Shown here in pieces: positions 28,265-37,635 of a stretch of DNA of 64,000 nt (the stretch's first letter is position 1; the number at the start of each line of letters is the position of its first letter). A program made the translations under genes and the position numbers. Source of the DNA: Trueperaceae bacterium (lineage in GTDB: Bacteria; Deinococcota; Deinococci; Deinococcales; Trueperaceae); contig JAXHNB010000002.1 in NCBI GenBank assembly GCA_034520945.1, positions 288,001 through 352,000 on the forward strand. Reading direction: 5' to 3'. The notes beneath the pieces are model-generated. The model did no database searches. It had not been told where the DNA came from and worked only from the letters and a program-made list of their open reading frames with translations.

Positions 28265-30375
28265 TCAGGGCAGGGACAGCTCTTCGCGTTCGTCGTGTTG
28301 GTCTTGGGGGGTGAGGTTTTGGTCGCGTTGGTTGGCGATGTCGTTGGGGGTGATGGGGGGGATGTCGTTGGGGGTGGTGGTGTCACTGAGGGTGTAGAGG
28401 GTGTGGTTGAGGGTGGCGGCGAGTTGTTCGTCGTCGAGTTGGTTCCAGGCGGGCATGGCGCCGTTGTAGGTGGTGCCTTGCACGTCGATGGGGCCTTGGA
28501 GTCCGTAGAGGAGGACGTGCGTGAGGTAGGTGCGGCCGCCGTCGCGGGTGGCGAGGTCGCTGGTGTGCCCGGCGAGGGGTGGGAACGCGCCGGGGATGCC
28601 TTGCCCGTTTGCTTGGTGGCAGGAGGCGCAGTTGCTGGCGTAGGTGTCTTCGCCGAGCGTTTCGTTCCAGCTGGCCGCTTGCGCGTCGTTTTCGCCGTCG
28701 GCCGCCGCCTCTGCGTCGCCTTCCCCTTCGGGCGCGGGTTCTTCGCCTTCAGCTTCGTCGTCCGCCGCTGCGTCGTCCGGTTGGGCTTCGTCGGCCGCGG
28801 GTTCGTCGGTGTCGGCGAGGAGTTCTTCGCGTTCGTCGTGTTGGTCTTGGGGGGTGAGGTTTTGGTCGCGTTGGTTGGCGATGTCGTTGGGGGTGATGGG
28901 GGGGATGTCGTTGGGGGTGGTGGTGTCACTGAGGGTGTAGAGGGTGTGGTTGAGGGTGGCGGCGAGTTGTTCGTCGTCGAGTTGGTTCCAGGCGGGCATG
29001 GCGCCGTTGTAGGTGGTGCCTTGCACGTCGATGGGGCCTTGGAGTCCGTAGAGGAGGACGTGCGTGAGGTAGGTGCGGCCGCCGTCGCGGGTGGCGAGGT
29101 CGCTGGTGTGCCCGGCGAGGGGTGGGAACGCGCCGGGGATGCCTTGCCCGTTTGCTTGGTGGCAGGAGGCGCAGTTGCTGGCGTAGGTGTCTTCGCCGAG
29201 CGTTTCGTTCCAGCGGGTCGCTTGCGCGTCGTTTTCGCCGTCGGCCGCCGCCTCTGCGTCGCCTTCCCCTTCGGGCGCGGGTTCTTCGCCTTCAGCTTCG
29301 TCGTCCGCCGCTGCGTCGTCCGGTTGGGCTTCGTCGGCCGCGGGTTCGTCGGTGTCGGCGAGGAGGGTTTCGCGTTCGTCGTGTTGGTCTTGGGGGGTGA
29401 GGTTTTGGTCGCGTTGGTTGGCGATGTCGTTGGGGGTGATGGGGGGATGTCGTTGGGGGTGGTGGTGTCACTGAGGGTGTAGAGGGTGTGGTTGAGGGTG
29501 GCGGCGAGTTGTTCGTCGTCGAGTTGGTTCCAGGCGGGCATGGCGCCGTTGTAGGTGGTGCCTTGCACGTCGATGGGGCCTTGGAGTCCGTAGAGGAGGA
29601 CGTGCGTGAGGTAGGTGCGGCCGCCGTCGCGGGTGGCGAGGTCGCTGGTGTGCCCGGCGAGGGGTGGGAACGCGCCGGGGATGCCTTGCCCGTTTGCTTG
29701 GTGGCAGGAGGCGCAGTTGCTGGCGTAGGTGTCTTCGCCGAGCGTTTCGTTCCAGCTGGCCGCTTGCGCGTCGTTTTCGCCGTCGGCCGCCGCCTCTGCG
29801 TCGCCTTCCCCTTCGGGCGCTTCCATCGCCGCGTCCAACGACGCGAGCGTGTAGGAGGGTTCCGCCGCGGCCGGGGCCTCGATGCGGAAGGAGCGGTCCT
29901 TGGGGCGTGCCGCGTCGAGGATGCGGTCGGTGCCGCGGCTGTAGCCGTCACTTTCGATCAGTGCGACGACGTCTTCTGGGAGGTGCGCCTCGCCGTGTCC
30001 TCCCTCCTCGCCCTCTCCCGCGCCGAGGTATCGACCTTCGGGGGCGAGTTGTGAGCGTACGTAGTTCACGCTGGCGGGGACGGTCATCAGGAAGGTGAAC
30101 GCGATGAAGGTTCCCATCGCCAACACCATGCCGCTGGCGAAGAAGCCGGAGTAGGCGGGATGGTCCCCCTTGAGGTGCATGAAGTACATGATCACCATGA
30201 GGAACTTGACCAAGGACAGGATGATGAGTGTCCACAACGTGAGGGCGTCGCCGAGGAAGGGGATCTCGTACTCGACGATCGCGAACTCGACGTAGGTGAT
30301 GACGGCGAGGATCAGCGCGACGATGATGTAGCCGCGGACGCCGTGGTCGTGCTTCGAGTTGGGGTCTTGTGCCAT
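28265..30375 (-). CDS. Cytochrome c oxidase subunit IV-like domain fused to three tandem cytochrome c552-like domains; apparent 1-nt frameshift at 29441-29446 (about 703 aa if corrected)
   Basis: Three N-terminal TMs with KFLMVIMYFMHLK; CASCH at 29701-29715, 29159-29173 and 28616-28630, each followed by GIPGAFPPLAGH..LYGLQG..YNGAMP. Confidence 0.85.
28281..29820. repeat. Intragenic tandem repeat, 543-bp unit, about 2.8 near-identical copies
   Basis: Units begin at about 28281, 28824 and 29367; I found only a few substitutions (REEL/RETL, AASW/ATRW) and one G-run indel. Confidence 0.97.
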
Positions 30376-30382
30376 GCCGTCC

Positions 30383-31003
30383 TTAGATGAAGTCGACGAG
30401 GTAGACGAGGGTGAAGATCACGATCCAGACGATGTCGACGAAGTGCCAGTACAATCCAGCGACCTCGAGGTAGACGGCGTCTTTCGCGCGCATCGGTCGG
30501 ACGTAGCTCGCGATCACGATCGATAGGAGCCACAACACGCCGACGGCGACGTGGACGCCGTGCGTGCCGGTCAACACGTAGAAGGTGGAGCCGAACAGGT
30601 TGGCGTCCAGGGTGAGCCCCTCGGCGACGAAGTGGCTGAACTCGAACACCTGGAAGCCGAGGAAGATGGCACCGAAGAACGCCACGCCGAACGTCCACAG
30701 GCGGAAGCGTGGAATGTCGTTCTGGCGGAGGGCGTGCAACGCGATGACCATCAGGAACGAGCTCATCAGCAGCACGAAGGTGCTGATCGTGGTGAGCGGG
30801 ATGTCGAACAGGTCCAGCGGGTAGGGCCCCGTGATGCTGCGGCCCTTGTAAATGAGGTACGTCCCGATCAGCGTGCCGAAGAACATGCAGTCGGAGGCCA
30901 GGAAGACCCACATCAGCAGCTTGCTGTCCGGCAGGTTGCTGCTTCGGTACCCGTGGGCGTGTTCGCTCACGGGCGTCCCGGCGTCGTGCGCTTGGCTGGC
31001 CAT
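30383..31003 (-). CDS. ctaE: Cytochrome c oxidase subunit III
   Basis: MWVFLASD..F, STFYVLTGTHGVHV, GLYWHFVDIVW; TGATG coupling to subunit I. Confidence 0.93.
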   Translation of the reverse strand: MASQAHDAGTPVSEHAHGYRSSNLPDSKLLMWVFLASDCMFFGTLIGTYLIYKGRSITGPYPLDLFDIPLTTISTFVLLMSSFLMVIALHALRQNDIPRFRLWTFGVAFFGAIFLGFQVFEFSHFVAEGLTLDANLFGSTFYVLTGTHGVHVAVGVLWLLSIVIASYVRPMRAKDAVYLEVAGLYWHFVDIVWIVIFTLVYLVDFI

Positions 31004-32919
31004 CAGTCGCCCACCCCCTCGTTCGCGCCGTGCGTGCGTGGATGCACGTGGTGACCGCCGACGCCTTCGAACGCCCAGGCGTACGTGGACGCCGTCACCA
31101 GCACGCCCATCAGGATCGCGAGCATCCAATTGTGATACAGCACGCCGTAGCTGCCCAGGAAGATGAACAGGGCCATGAAGAGCGGGTACCACGACTGACC
31201 GGGCATGTGGATGCCGCCGGCATCGTAGTCGACGCCTTCGTGCTCGCTGCCGTGATCGCCCTGATCCTCGGGCGCCAACTCGGGATGCTTCTGCGCCCAG
31301 AAGGGGTCACGGTCCGTGGCGATCGGCTGCTTGTCGAAGTCGTGGTCCAGGGGCGGGCTGGTGGTGCTCCACTCGAAGGTACGACCGTCCCAGGGGTCGT
31401 TGCCGGCACGCTCGCCGTACCGGAACGCCCACACCACGGACAGCAGGATCAGGATCATGCCGGTCCCCATCACGTACGTTCCCGACGTGGAGACGAAGTT
31501 CCACACCGTCAGACCGAGCCCTTCGTCGTACGTCTGGACGCGGCGCGGCATCCCCATCAGGCCGGCGAAGTGCTGCGGCATGAAGATGATGTTGAAGCCC
31601 ACGAAGAACAGCCCGAACGCCCATTTGCCGAGTCGTTCCGGCAACAGCTTGCCGGTCATCTTGGGGAACCAATAGTACAGCCCGGCCAGGAACGCGAACA
31701 GCGCGCCGCCGCCCATCACGTAGTGGAAGTGCGCCACGATGAAGTACGTGTCCTGTGCCTGCGCGTCGAACGGCGGCATCGCGACCATGATGCCCGTCAC
31801 CCCGCCGAGGGTGAACATGAACAGGAACGCGATGGCGTACAGCATCGAGGTGGTGTAGCGGATCGCGCCGCCCCACATGGTCCCGAGCCAATTGAAGATC
31901 TTCACGCCGGTAGGGACGCCGATCACGAAGCTGGTGAGGCTGAACGCGGTATTGGCGACGGGCCCGAGCCCGGTGGTGAACATGTGGTGGCTCCACACGG
32001 CGAAGCCCATGAAGCCGATCAGGATGCCGGACAGGATCATGACGGGATAGCCGAACAACGGCTTGCGGCTGAAGGTGGGGATCACTTCGGAGATTACGCC
32101 GAAGGCGGGCAGGATGATGATGTACACCTCCGGGTGCCCGAAGATCCAGAACAGGTGTTGCCACAGGATCGGCAAGCCGCCGGCGGCGGGCACGTAGAAC
32201 AGCGTGCCGAACGTCCGGTCCATGATCACCTGGAACAGCGCGATGGTCAGCGGTGGGAACGCGAAGATGATCATGAACGACGTGATCAGCATCATCCACA
32301 CGAACACCGGCATGCGCATCATCTTCATGCCGGGCGCCCGCATGCTGAAGATGGTCACGATCAGGTTCATGGCGGTGACCAGCGTCCCGATCCCGCCGAT
32401 GAACAGGCCGATCAGGTAGAAGTCGATGCCGTTGCCGGGGTTGTTGCTCAGCGAGGTCAGGGGCGCATAGGCGAACCAGCCGGCGTCGGGAGCGCCACCG
32501 AGGATGAAGCTCGTGTACAGGAATAGGCCGCCGAACAGGTAGATCCAGTACCCGAACGCATTCAGGCGGGGGAACGCCAGGTCGCGCGTACCGATCATCA
32601 ACGGCACGAAGTAGTTCGCGAAGCCGATGCCCAACGGCATGATGGCGAGAAACACCATCGTCACGCCGTGCATGGTGAACAGCTGATTGTACGCGTCGGG
32701 ACCGATCAGTTGCTGGTTGGGGGCCGCGAGCTGCATGCGAATCAGGAACGCTTCGATGCTGGCGAGCCCCATGAACAGGAAGCTGGTGAAGATGTAGAGG
32801 ATGCCGAGCCGTTTGTGATCGACGGTGGTCAGCCAACTGCCGATCCCGGACGTCCAGTCTGGACGCCTAAGGATGCCGCTTCCTGCGGGGGCGGGCGCTC
32901 CTTGACTACCGATCGCCAT
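31003..32919 (-). CDS. ctaD: Cytochrome c oxidase subunit I (A1-type heme-copper oxidase)
   Basis: TVDHKRLG, TMHG, FGHPEVY, VWSHHMF, VAHFHY, MPRR. Confidence 0.97.
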   Translation of the reverse strand: MAIGSQGAPAPAGSGILRRPDWTSGIGSWLTTVDHKRLGILYIFTSFLFMGLASIEAFLIRMQLAAPNQQLIGPDAYNQLFTMHGVTMVFLAIMPLGIGFANYFVPLMIGTRDLAFPRLNAFGYWIYLFGGLFLYTSFILGGAPDAGWFAYAPLTSLSNNPGNGIDFYLIGLFIGGIGTLVTAMNLIVTIFSMRAPGMKMMRMPVFVWMMLITSFMIIFAFPPLTIALFQVIMDRTFGTLFYVPAAGGLPILWQHLFWIFGHPEVYIIILPAFGVISEVIPTFSRKPLFGYPVMILSGILIGFMGFAVWSHHMFTTGLGPVANTAFSLTSFVIGVPTGVKIFNWLGTMWGGAIRYTTSMLYAIAFLFMFTLGGVTGIMVAMPPFDAQAQDTYFIVAHFHYVMGGGALFAFLAGLYYWFPKMTGKLLPERLGKWAFGLFFVGFNIIFMPQHFAGLMGMPRRVQTYDEGLGLTVWNFVSTSGTYVMGTGMILILLSVVWAFRYGERAGNDPWDGRTFEWSTTSPPLDHDFDKQPIATDRDPFWAQKHPELAPEDQGDHGSEHEGVDYDAGGIHMPGQSWYPLFMALFIFLGSYGVLYHNWMLAILMGVLVTASTYAWAFEGVGGHHVHPRTHGANEGVGD

Positions 32920-34012
32920 TCGAACCTCCGAGCGACGCGTGCGCACTGGCATCCGGTTCCGTGCCGAGGCTCAGCAGGTAGGCGGCGACCGCGGCGATCT
33001 CCTCGTCCGCGTTCTCGTCCCCTTCCCGCCACATCGTGGGCATGTAGTTGCCGGGCTTGATCTGTTGCGGGTCGCGAAGCCAGGCCTCGAGGTTGTCCTG
33101 CGTGTTGTCCACCACGCCTGCCGCGAGCGACGTGCGCAGGCCGAAGTTGGTGAGGTTGGGAAAGTCGGGGTCGCCGGTCGACACGCCCTCGCGGTGCCCC
33201 GCCACGGTGTGACAGTTCACGCAGCCCTTCGAGCTGAACAGCTCACGCCCCCGCTGCACCTGCGGGTCGGCCTGGACGGTCCGGGCTCCGGGATCGTCGA
33301 AGGCGTCCACCCAGGCTTCGAACTCGTCCTCGGGTTCAGCGATCACGCGGAACCGCATGTAGGCGTGCGCGCCCAGGCACAACTCGGCACACTGGCCGTA
33401 GTAGGTGCCCGCTTCGTCCGCCGTGAACCACAGCTGGTTGTTCTGGTTCGGAATCAGGTCGCGCTTGCCCGCCAGGCGTGGCACCCAGAACGAGTGCAGC
33501 ACGTCGGCCGAGTCGAGGTTCAGGATCACGCGGCTGCCTTCGGGCACGTGCAGTTCGTTGGCCGTCACGATGCCTAGCTCCGGGTACTCGAAGCGCCACC
33601 ACCACTGGTAGCCCGTGACGTTGACGATCACGTCGTTCTCGCCCGGTTCGGCCCGGTTCTCGGTCGCGAAGATGGTCCGCACGGTCGGCACTGCCACGGC
33701 GATCACGATCAGTACGGGCACGATGGTGAGCCCGATCTCGAGCGCGGTGCTGCCGTGGAACTGTGGGGGAATGCGGTCCGGGTCGGATCTGCGACGCCGG
33801 AACCGGATCAGAATGTACGCCAACACGCCGAAGACCGGGACGAGGACGATCCACGTCAGCCAGTACGACCACATGAAGAGGTCGTTCTGACTCCGTGCGA
33901 CCGCGCCGATGGGATCGAGCGCGGATTGCGGCCCCGCGAACTCGCACCCGAACAACGACAAACTCCCCGCAAATGGGAGAGCGGCCCGGCGGAGCCATTT
34001 GGTCAAGAGCAC
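32906..34012 (-). CDS. ctaC: Cytochrome c oxidase subunit II with fused cytochrome c (caa3 type), lipoprotein
   Basis: Lipobox LFGC, YQWWW, DVLHSFW, CuA motif CAELCLGAHAYM, CVNCH..MP; GGAGG RBS before the GTG. Confidence 0.95.
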   Translation of the reverse strand: MLLTKWLRRAALPFAGSLSLFGCEFAGPQSALDPIGAVARSQNDLFMWSYWLTWIVLVPVFGVLAYILIRFRRRRSDPDRIPPQFHGSTALEIGLTIVPVLIVIAVAVPTVRTIFATENRAEPGENDVIVNVTGYQWWWRFEYPELGIVTANELHVPEGSRVILNLDSADVLHSFWVPRLAGKRDLIPNQNNQLWFTADEAGTYYGQCAELCLGAHAYMRFRVIAEPEDEFEAWVDAFDDPGARTVQADPQVQRGRELFSSKGCVNCHTVAGHREGVSTGDPDFPNLTNFGLRTSLAAGVVDNTQDNLEAWLRDPQQIKPGNYMPTMWREGDENADEEIAAVAAYLLSLGTEPDASAHASLGGSNGDR

Positions 34013-34101
34013 GTTGCTTCCTCCAATGATTGCACGCCTGGTTTGCACGGGACGACGTACGCAGGCACCGGATCCGACCGCGTACGTGATGAGACGGCGC
34101 C

Positions 34102-34110
34102 AAGATACCA
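34102..34110 (-). promoter_or_regulatory. Candidate extended -10 promoter of the cta operon
   Basis: TGgTATCTT on the minus strand about 90 nt upstream of ctaC. Confidence 0.45.
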
Positions 34111-34216
34111 CAAGGTTTTCCGCGCAAGGCATCCGTTCGGTCGCGTAGAAACGGCCGCGTCCCGCCGGGGAAACGAGCGGGGGGATAGCGTCCGCCGGCC
34201 CGATCGCCCTTCCAGG

Positions 34217-35740
34217 TCACACGGCCGAGGAGAGTCCGTCCTCGCCAGGATCGCTACGAAACGCGGCGGCCTCGGCCAGGTCCGCGGCATCGACCGCGGG
34301 GTGGTCGGCCAGGTCGGCCACCGTACGTGCGACGCGGAGGAGGCGTTCGTACCCGCGTGCGGTGAGGCCCCGCGCGGCCACCAGGTGCAGGCCCATGGCG
34401 CGCGCATCGTCGTCGAGGTCGGCGTAAAGGCGCAACGCGTCCCCTTCGAGCCGCGCGTTCGGCACCCCCTGCCGGCAGCGGGCGCGCCGGCGTGCCGACA
34501 CGACGCGCGCGGCCACCGCGGCGCTGGCTTCGGCCGGTCCGGGCTGCACCAGCGCGGCCTCGTCCACCCTGGGCACGGCCACGTGCACGTCGATGCGATC
34601 CATCAGGGGCCCGCCGATGCGGGCGGCGTAGCGGGTTCGGGTGCCCGGCGGGCACGTGCAGGTGCGGACCTCGTCGCCGTACCAGCCGCACGGGCACGGA
34701 TTGCGCGTGGCCACCAGTTGGAAGCTGGCGGGGAAGCGCACCGAGTGGCGCAGGCGGGTGAGCGTCACCACGCCCTCCTCGACGGGCTGGCGCAGGGCCT
34801 CGAGGGTGCGGCGCGCGAACTCGGGCATCTCGTCGAGCAGCAGGATCCCGCGGTGCGCCAGGCTGACCTCTCCCGGGCGGGGGATCGTTCCGCCGCCGAG
34901 CATGGCGACGTGCGAGGTACGGGGATGGGGCGTGCGGAGCGGGGGACGCCGCATCAGGCCCGGCGCGCCGCTGCGACCGGCCACCGAGTGGATGCGCGTG
35001 ACTTCGATCGCGTCTTCGCGGGAGAGATCGGGCAGGAGGCTGGGTAGGCGGCGGGCCAGCATGGTCTTGCCGGCCCCCGGAGGGCCGGTCATCATCAGCC
35101 CGTGTTCCCCAGCGGCCGCGAGCTCCAGGGCCCGTCGCGCGGTGGCCTGCCCGCGCACGTCGGCCAGGTCGGGCTCGGAGCGAGGTAGGTCGTGGGGCTG
35201 GGGCCCACCGGAAAGCGAACGAGGTGCGACGGTGCCGCGCGCCAGCGCCGCGGCGTGGGCGAGGTCGTCGATCGCGCTCACCTGGAGACCCCCGAGGGCG
35301 GCGACCTCCGCGAGGTCGGGGGCGGGGACCCACAGTCGATCGATCCCCTGCTGGAGCGCGAGAAGCCCTACGCTGATCGCGCCCGGGGTCCGGCGGACGC
35401 GCCCGTCCAGCGCAAGCTCCCCGAAGCAGAGCGTGCCGCGCAACGCGTCGGCCGGAATGCGGGCGTCGGCCGCCAACAGCGCGAGCGCGATGGGGAGGTC
35501 GAAGGCCGGCCCGACCTTCCGCAGGTCGGCGGGGGCGAGGTTCACCAGGATGCGCCCGCGTGGCATGGCGAAGCCGCACGACGTCATGGCGGCGCGGACG
35601 CGCTCCCGCGATTCGCGCACGGCGGCGTCCGGGAGGCCGACCACCGTGATGCTGGGCAGCCCGCGCGCCACGTGCACTTCGACGCGAACCTCCTGCGCGT
35701 CGATGCCGAACGGGGTGGCGGACAGGGTGGATGCGATCAC
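34217..35740 (-). CDS. comM: YifB/ComM Mg-chelatase-like AAA+ ATPase
   Basis: VGLPDAAVRESRERV, NLAPADLRK, GPPGAGKT, PGEVSLAHRGILLLDE, NPCPCG. Confidence 0.92.
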   Translation of the reverse strand: MIASTLSATPFGIDAQEVRVEVHVARGLPSITVVGLPDAAVRESRERVRAAMTSCGFAMPRGRILVNLAPADLRKVGPAFDLPIALALLAADARIPADALRGTLCFGELALDGRVRRTPGAISVGLLALQQGIDRLWVPAPDLAEVAALGGLQVSAIDDLAHAAALARGTVAPRSLSGGPQPHDLPRSEPDLADVRGQATARRALELAAAGEHGLMMTGPPGAGKTMLARRLPSLLPDLSREDAIEVTRIHSVAGRSGAPGLMRRPPLRTPHPRTSHVAMLGGGTIPRPGEVSLAHRGILLLDEMPEFARRTLEALRQPVEEGVVTLTRLRHSVRFPASFQLVATRNPCPCGWYGDEVRTCTCPPGTRTRYAARIGGPLMDRIDVHVAVPRVDEAALVQPGPAEASAAVAARVVSARRRARCRQGVPNARLEGDALRLYADLDDDARAMGLHLVAARGLTARGYERLLRVARTVADLADHPAVDAADLAEAAAFRSDPGEDGLSSAV

Positions 35741-35903
35741 GATCCGATCGTGCCCCCGCGGCGGGTCCGTTGCACGGCGTGCCGGGACGCCGGCGGAGAG
35801 GTCGTGGGTCCAGGCCGACCGTCGCCCTGTGCCCCCGTAGGACCCGTGGGCTTTCGTGCACCTGCCACGACGCGGCAGGCGCTCAGCCGATAGAGTGGAC
35901 GCC

Positions 35904-36581
35904 ATGACACCCATTCAGCGATATGCCGCGACACTCCTGAGCGTGCTTCTCGTGGCGGCCTGCAGCAACGGCGAGGCCCCCGGGGGCGACGGCGTGCCGG
36001 ACCCGTTCGGTCTGAACGGCACCTCGATCGAGCTCACCTCCGAGGACGCCAATGCTGGGTTGGTCGCAGCCGCGAGGCCCTTCTTCACCGGTGCGGTTCC
36101 TACCAGCAGGTTCGACGACCTGATCGGGGTTCCCTCCGATACGTCGCGATTGGTGGTGGACGTGTCGGTCTCCGAGGTCGTCTTGCCGGAGGCGGACGCG
36201 TTCCCCTCCAGCTTGGAGATCGAGCGCTTCGTGATCGAGGACCTCGAACTCGCGGACGGTACGTTCGGTGGGGGCGGCAGCTTCGTGAGCATCGATGCGC
36301 AGCAGGATGGGCTGGGCTGGCGCTATCAGCCCGACGGCGCGTGCGAGGCCGGCGCAGCCTGCACCTTCGCGCGGACCTCGCAGGGGGCGGGCTCGCTCTC
36401 CATCGAGTTGACGGGCGCTACCTACAACACCTGGTTCGACATCGTGACGGGCGGCCTGCCGTCCAACAGCGTGCGCGCCGGCATGTTCGTCGAGTTCGCC
36501 TCCTCGCTCGACGCCGAGACCGCGACGGTGACCTTCGAGATCGAGCGTGCCCGCGTGTTCGGGGCCGCGTCCGCGTACTGA
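35904..36581 (+). CDS. Hypothetical lipoprotein
   Basis: Lipobox LVAAC after a hydrophobic stretch; TAGAGT 7 nt before the ATG; acidic, beta-rich composition. Confidence 0.7.
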   Translation: MTPIQRYAATLLSVLLVAACSNGEAPGGDGVPDPFGLNGTSIELTSEDANAGLVAAARPFFTGAVPTSRFDDLIGVPSDTSRLVVDVSVSEVVLPEADAFPSSLEIERFVIEDLELADGTFGGGGSFVSIDAQQDGLGWRYQPDGACEAGAACTFARTSQGAGSLSIELTGATYNTWFDIVTGGLPSNSVRAGMFVEFASSLDAETATVTFEIERARVFGAASAY

Positions 36582-36634
36582 GGGAAGCCTGCCTTCCCGT
36601 GTCCCGGCGGGATTCGTCCTGCCGGGGCGGGTGG

Positions 36635-37507
36635 CTACATGCCCAACTCGGGCGTGGGGTCCGCCAGGGCGTAGAAGCCGTAGGTCCCCGGTCCGACGTG
36701 CACGCCGATGACGGCGCCCAGTTCGTAGGTGCCGCCGTCGCGAAACGAGATGCCGGCGTCGCGAAACGCCTCGGCCATCGACGAGACGGCGGATTCGCTC
36801 TGGATGTGCACGAACGTCACGACCAACTCCCCCTCGGGATGGGCCTCCCGGTACGCGCGCAGGCGCGACGTCATCTCGCGCAGTGCCTTCTTGGCGCCCC
36901 GGGCGCGACCCGCGGCCTGCACCACGCCTTCTTCGATCGTGAGGAGCGGCTTGATGTTCAGGAGGCTTCCGACCAGCGCGCCGGCACGCCCGATGCGCCC
37001 CCCCTTCTGCAGGAACTCGAGCGTCCCGACCGTGAACAGCAGAAACGCGACCTCGCGCAGCCGCCCGAGATTCTCCGTGATCGCGTCGAGGTCGTACTCG
37101 GCGTCCCGCATGGCGGCCGCGCGGCGCACCATGTAGGCCGCCCCGAGGCTGGCGTGATTGCTGTCGAACACCGTCACCGGCACGGGCGCGTCCTTCGCCG
37201 CCAGCACGGCGGACTGGTGCGTGCCCGACAGTTCCTTCGCCAAGGTGACGACCAGAATACGGTCGGCGCCGTCCGCGGCCGCATCACGGAACGCCGCGGC
37301 GAAGTCCTCGGGGGTCGGCTGGCTGGTGGTGGGCATGTCCGCCCCCTGCTGCACCCCCTCGATCAGCTCGTTCGGCGTGATCTCGATCCAATCCTTGTAG
37401 GCGTGATCCCGAAAGTGAACGTACAGGGGCACACGCCGGACGCGCAGCGCCGCGAGTTCGTCTTCACGCAGGTCGCAGGTCGAATCTGTCACGATGGCCA
37501 AGGACAT
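36635..37507 (-). CDS. DegV family fatty-acid-binding protein
   Basis: IVTDSTCDL, PTTSQP, LSGT..SA, LQKGGRIG, LLNIKP, HVGPG. Confidence 0.93.
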   Translation of the reverse strand: MSLAIVTDSTCDLREDELAALRVRRVPLYVHFRDHAYKDWIEITPNELIEGVQQGADMPTTSQPTPEDFAAAFRDAAADGADRILVVTLAKELSGTHQSAVLAAKDAPVPVTVFDSNHASLGAAYMVRRAAAMRDAEYDLDAITENLGRLREVAFLLFTVGTLEFLQKGGRIGRAGALVGSLLNIKPLLTIEEGVVQAAGRARGAKKALREMTSRLRAYREAHPEGELVVTFVHIQSESAVSSMAEAFRDAGISFRDGGTYELGAVIGVHVGPGTYGFYALADPTPELGM

Positions 37508-37635
37508 GACGTTCCTCCGGTCAAACAAGACACCCGCGCGTCGCTGGCGCGCGAGATCACGGTCGGTGGTTCGTATGGACGCCAGTATACGGGACGCCCC
37601 TCCGCGTTGACCATGGCGGCGAAGGGCGTGGTGGC

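Noticed and set aside
28281..29820. Repeat considered as a CRISPR array, IS element or DGR template/variable repeat
   Set aside because: The units are contiguous in-frame 543-bp coding repeats with no spacers, and there is no cas, transposase or reverse transcriptase gene in the window.
28064..30054. Plus-strand Val/Gly-rich repeat ORFs (472 and 188 aa)
   Set aside because: These are antisense shadows of the cytochrome repeat.
28192..30375. 727-aa ORF with a long Thr/Pro/Lys mucin-like repeat tail
   Set aside because: The tail is the out-of-frame reading of cytochrome repeats 2-3 after the G6 indel. It stays open because the coding strand is T-poor.
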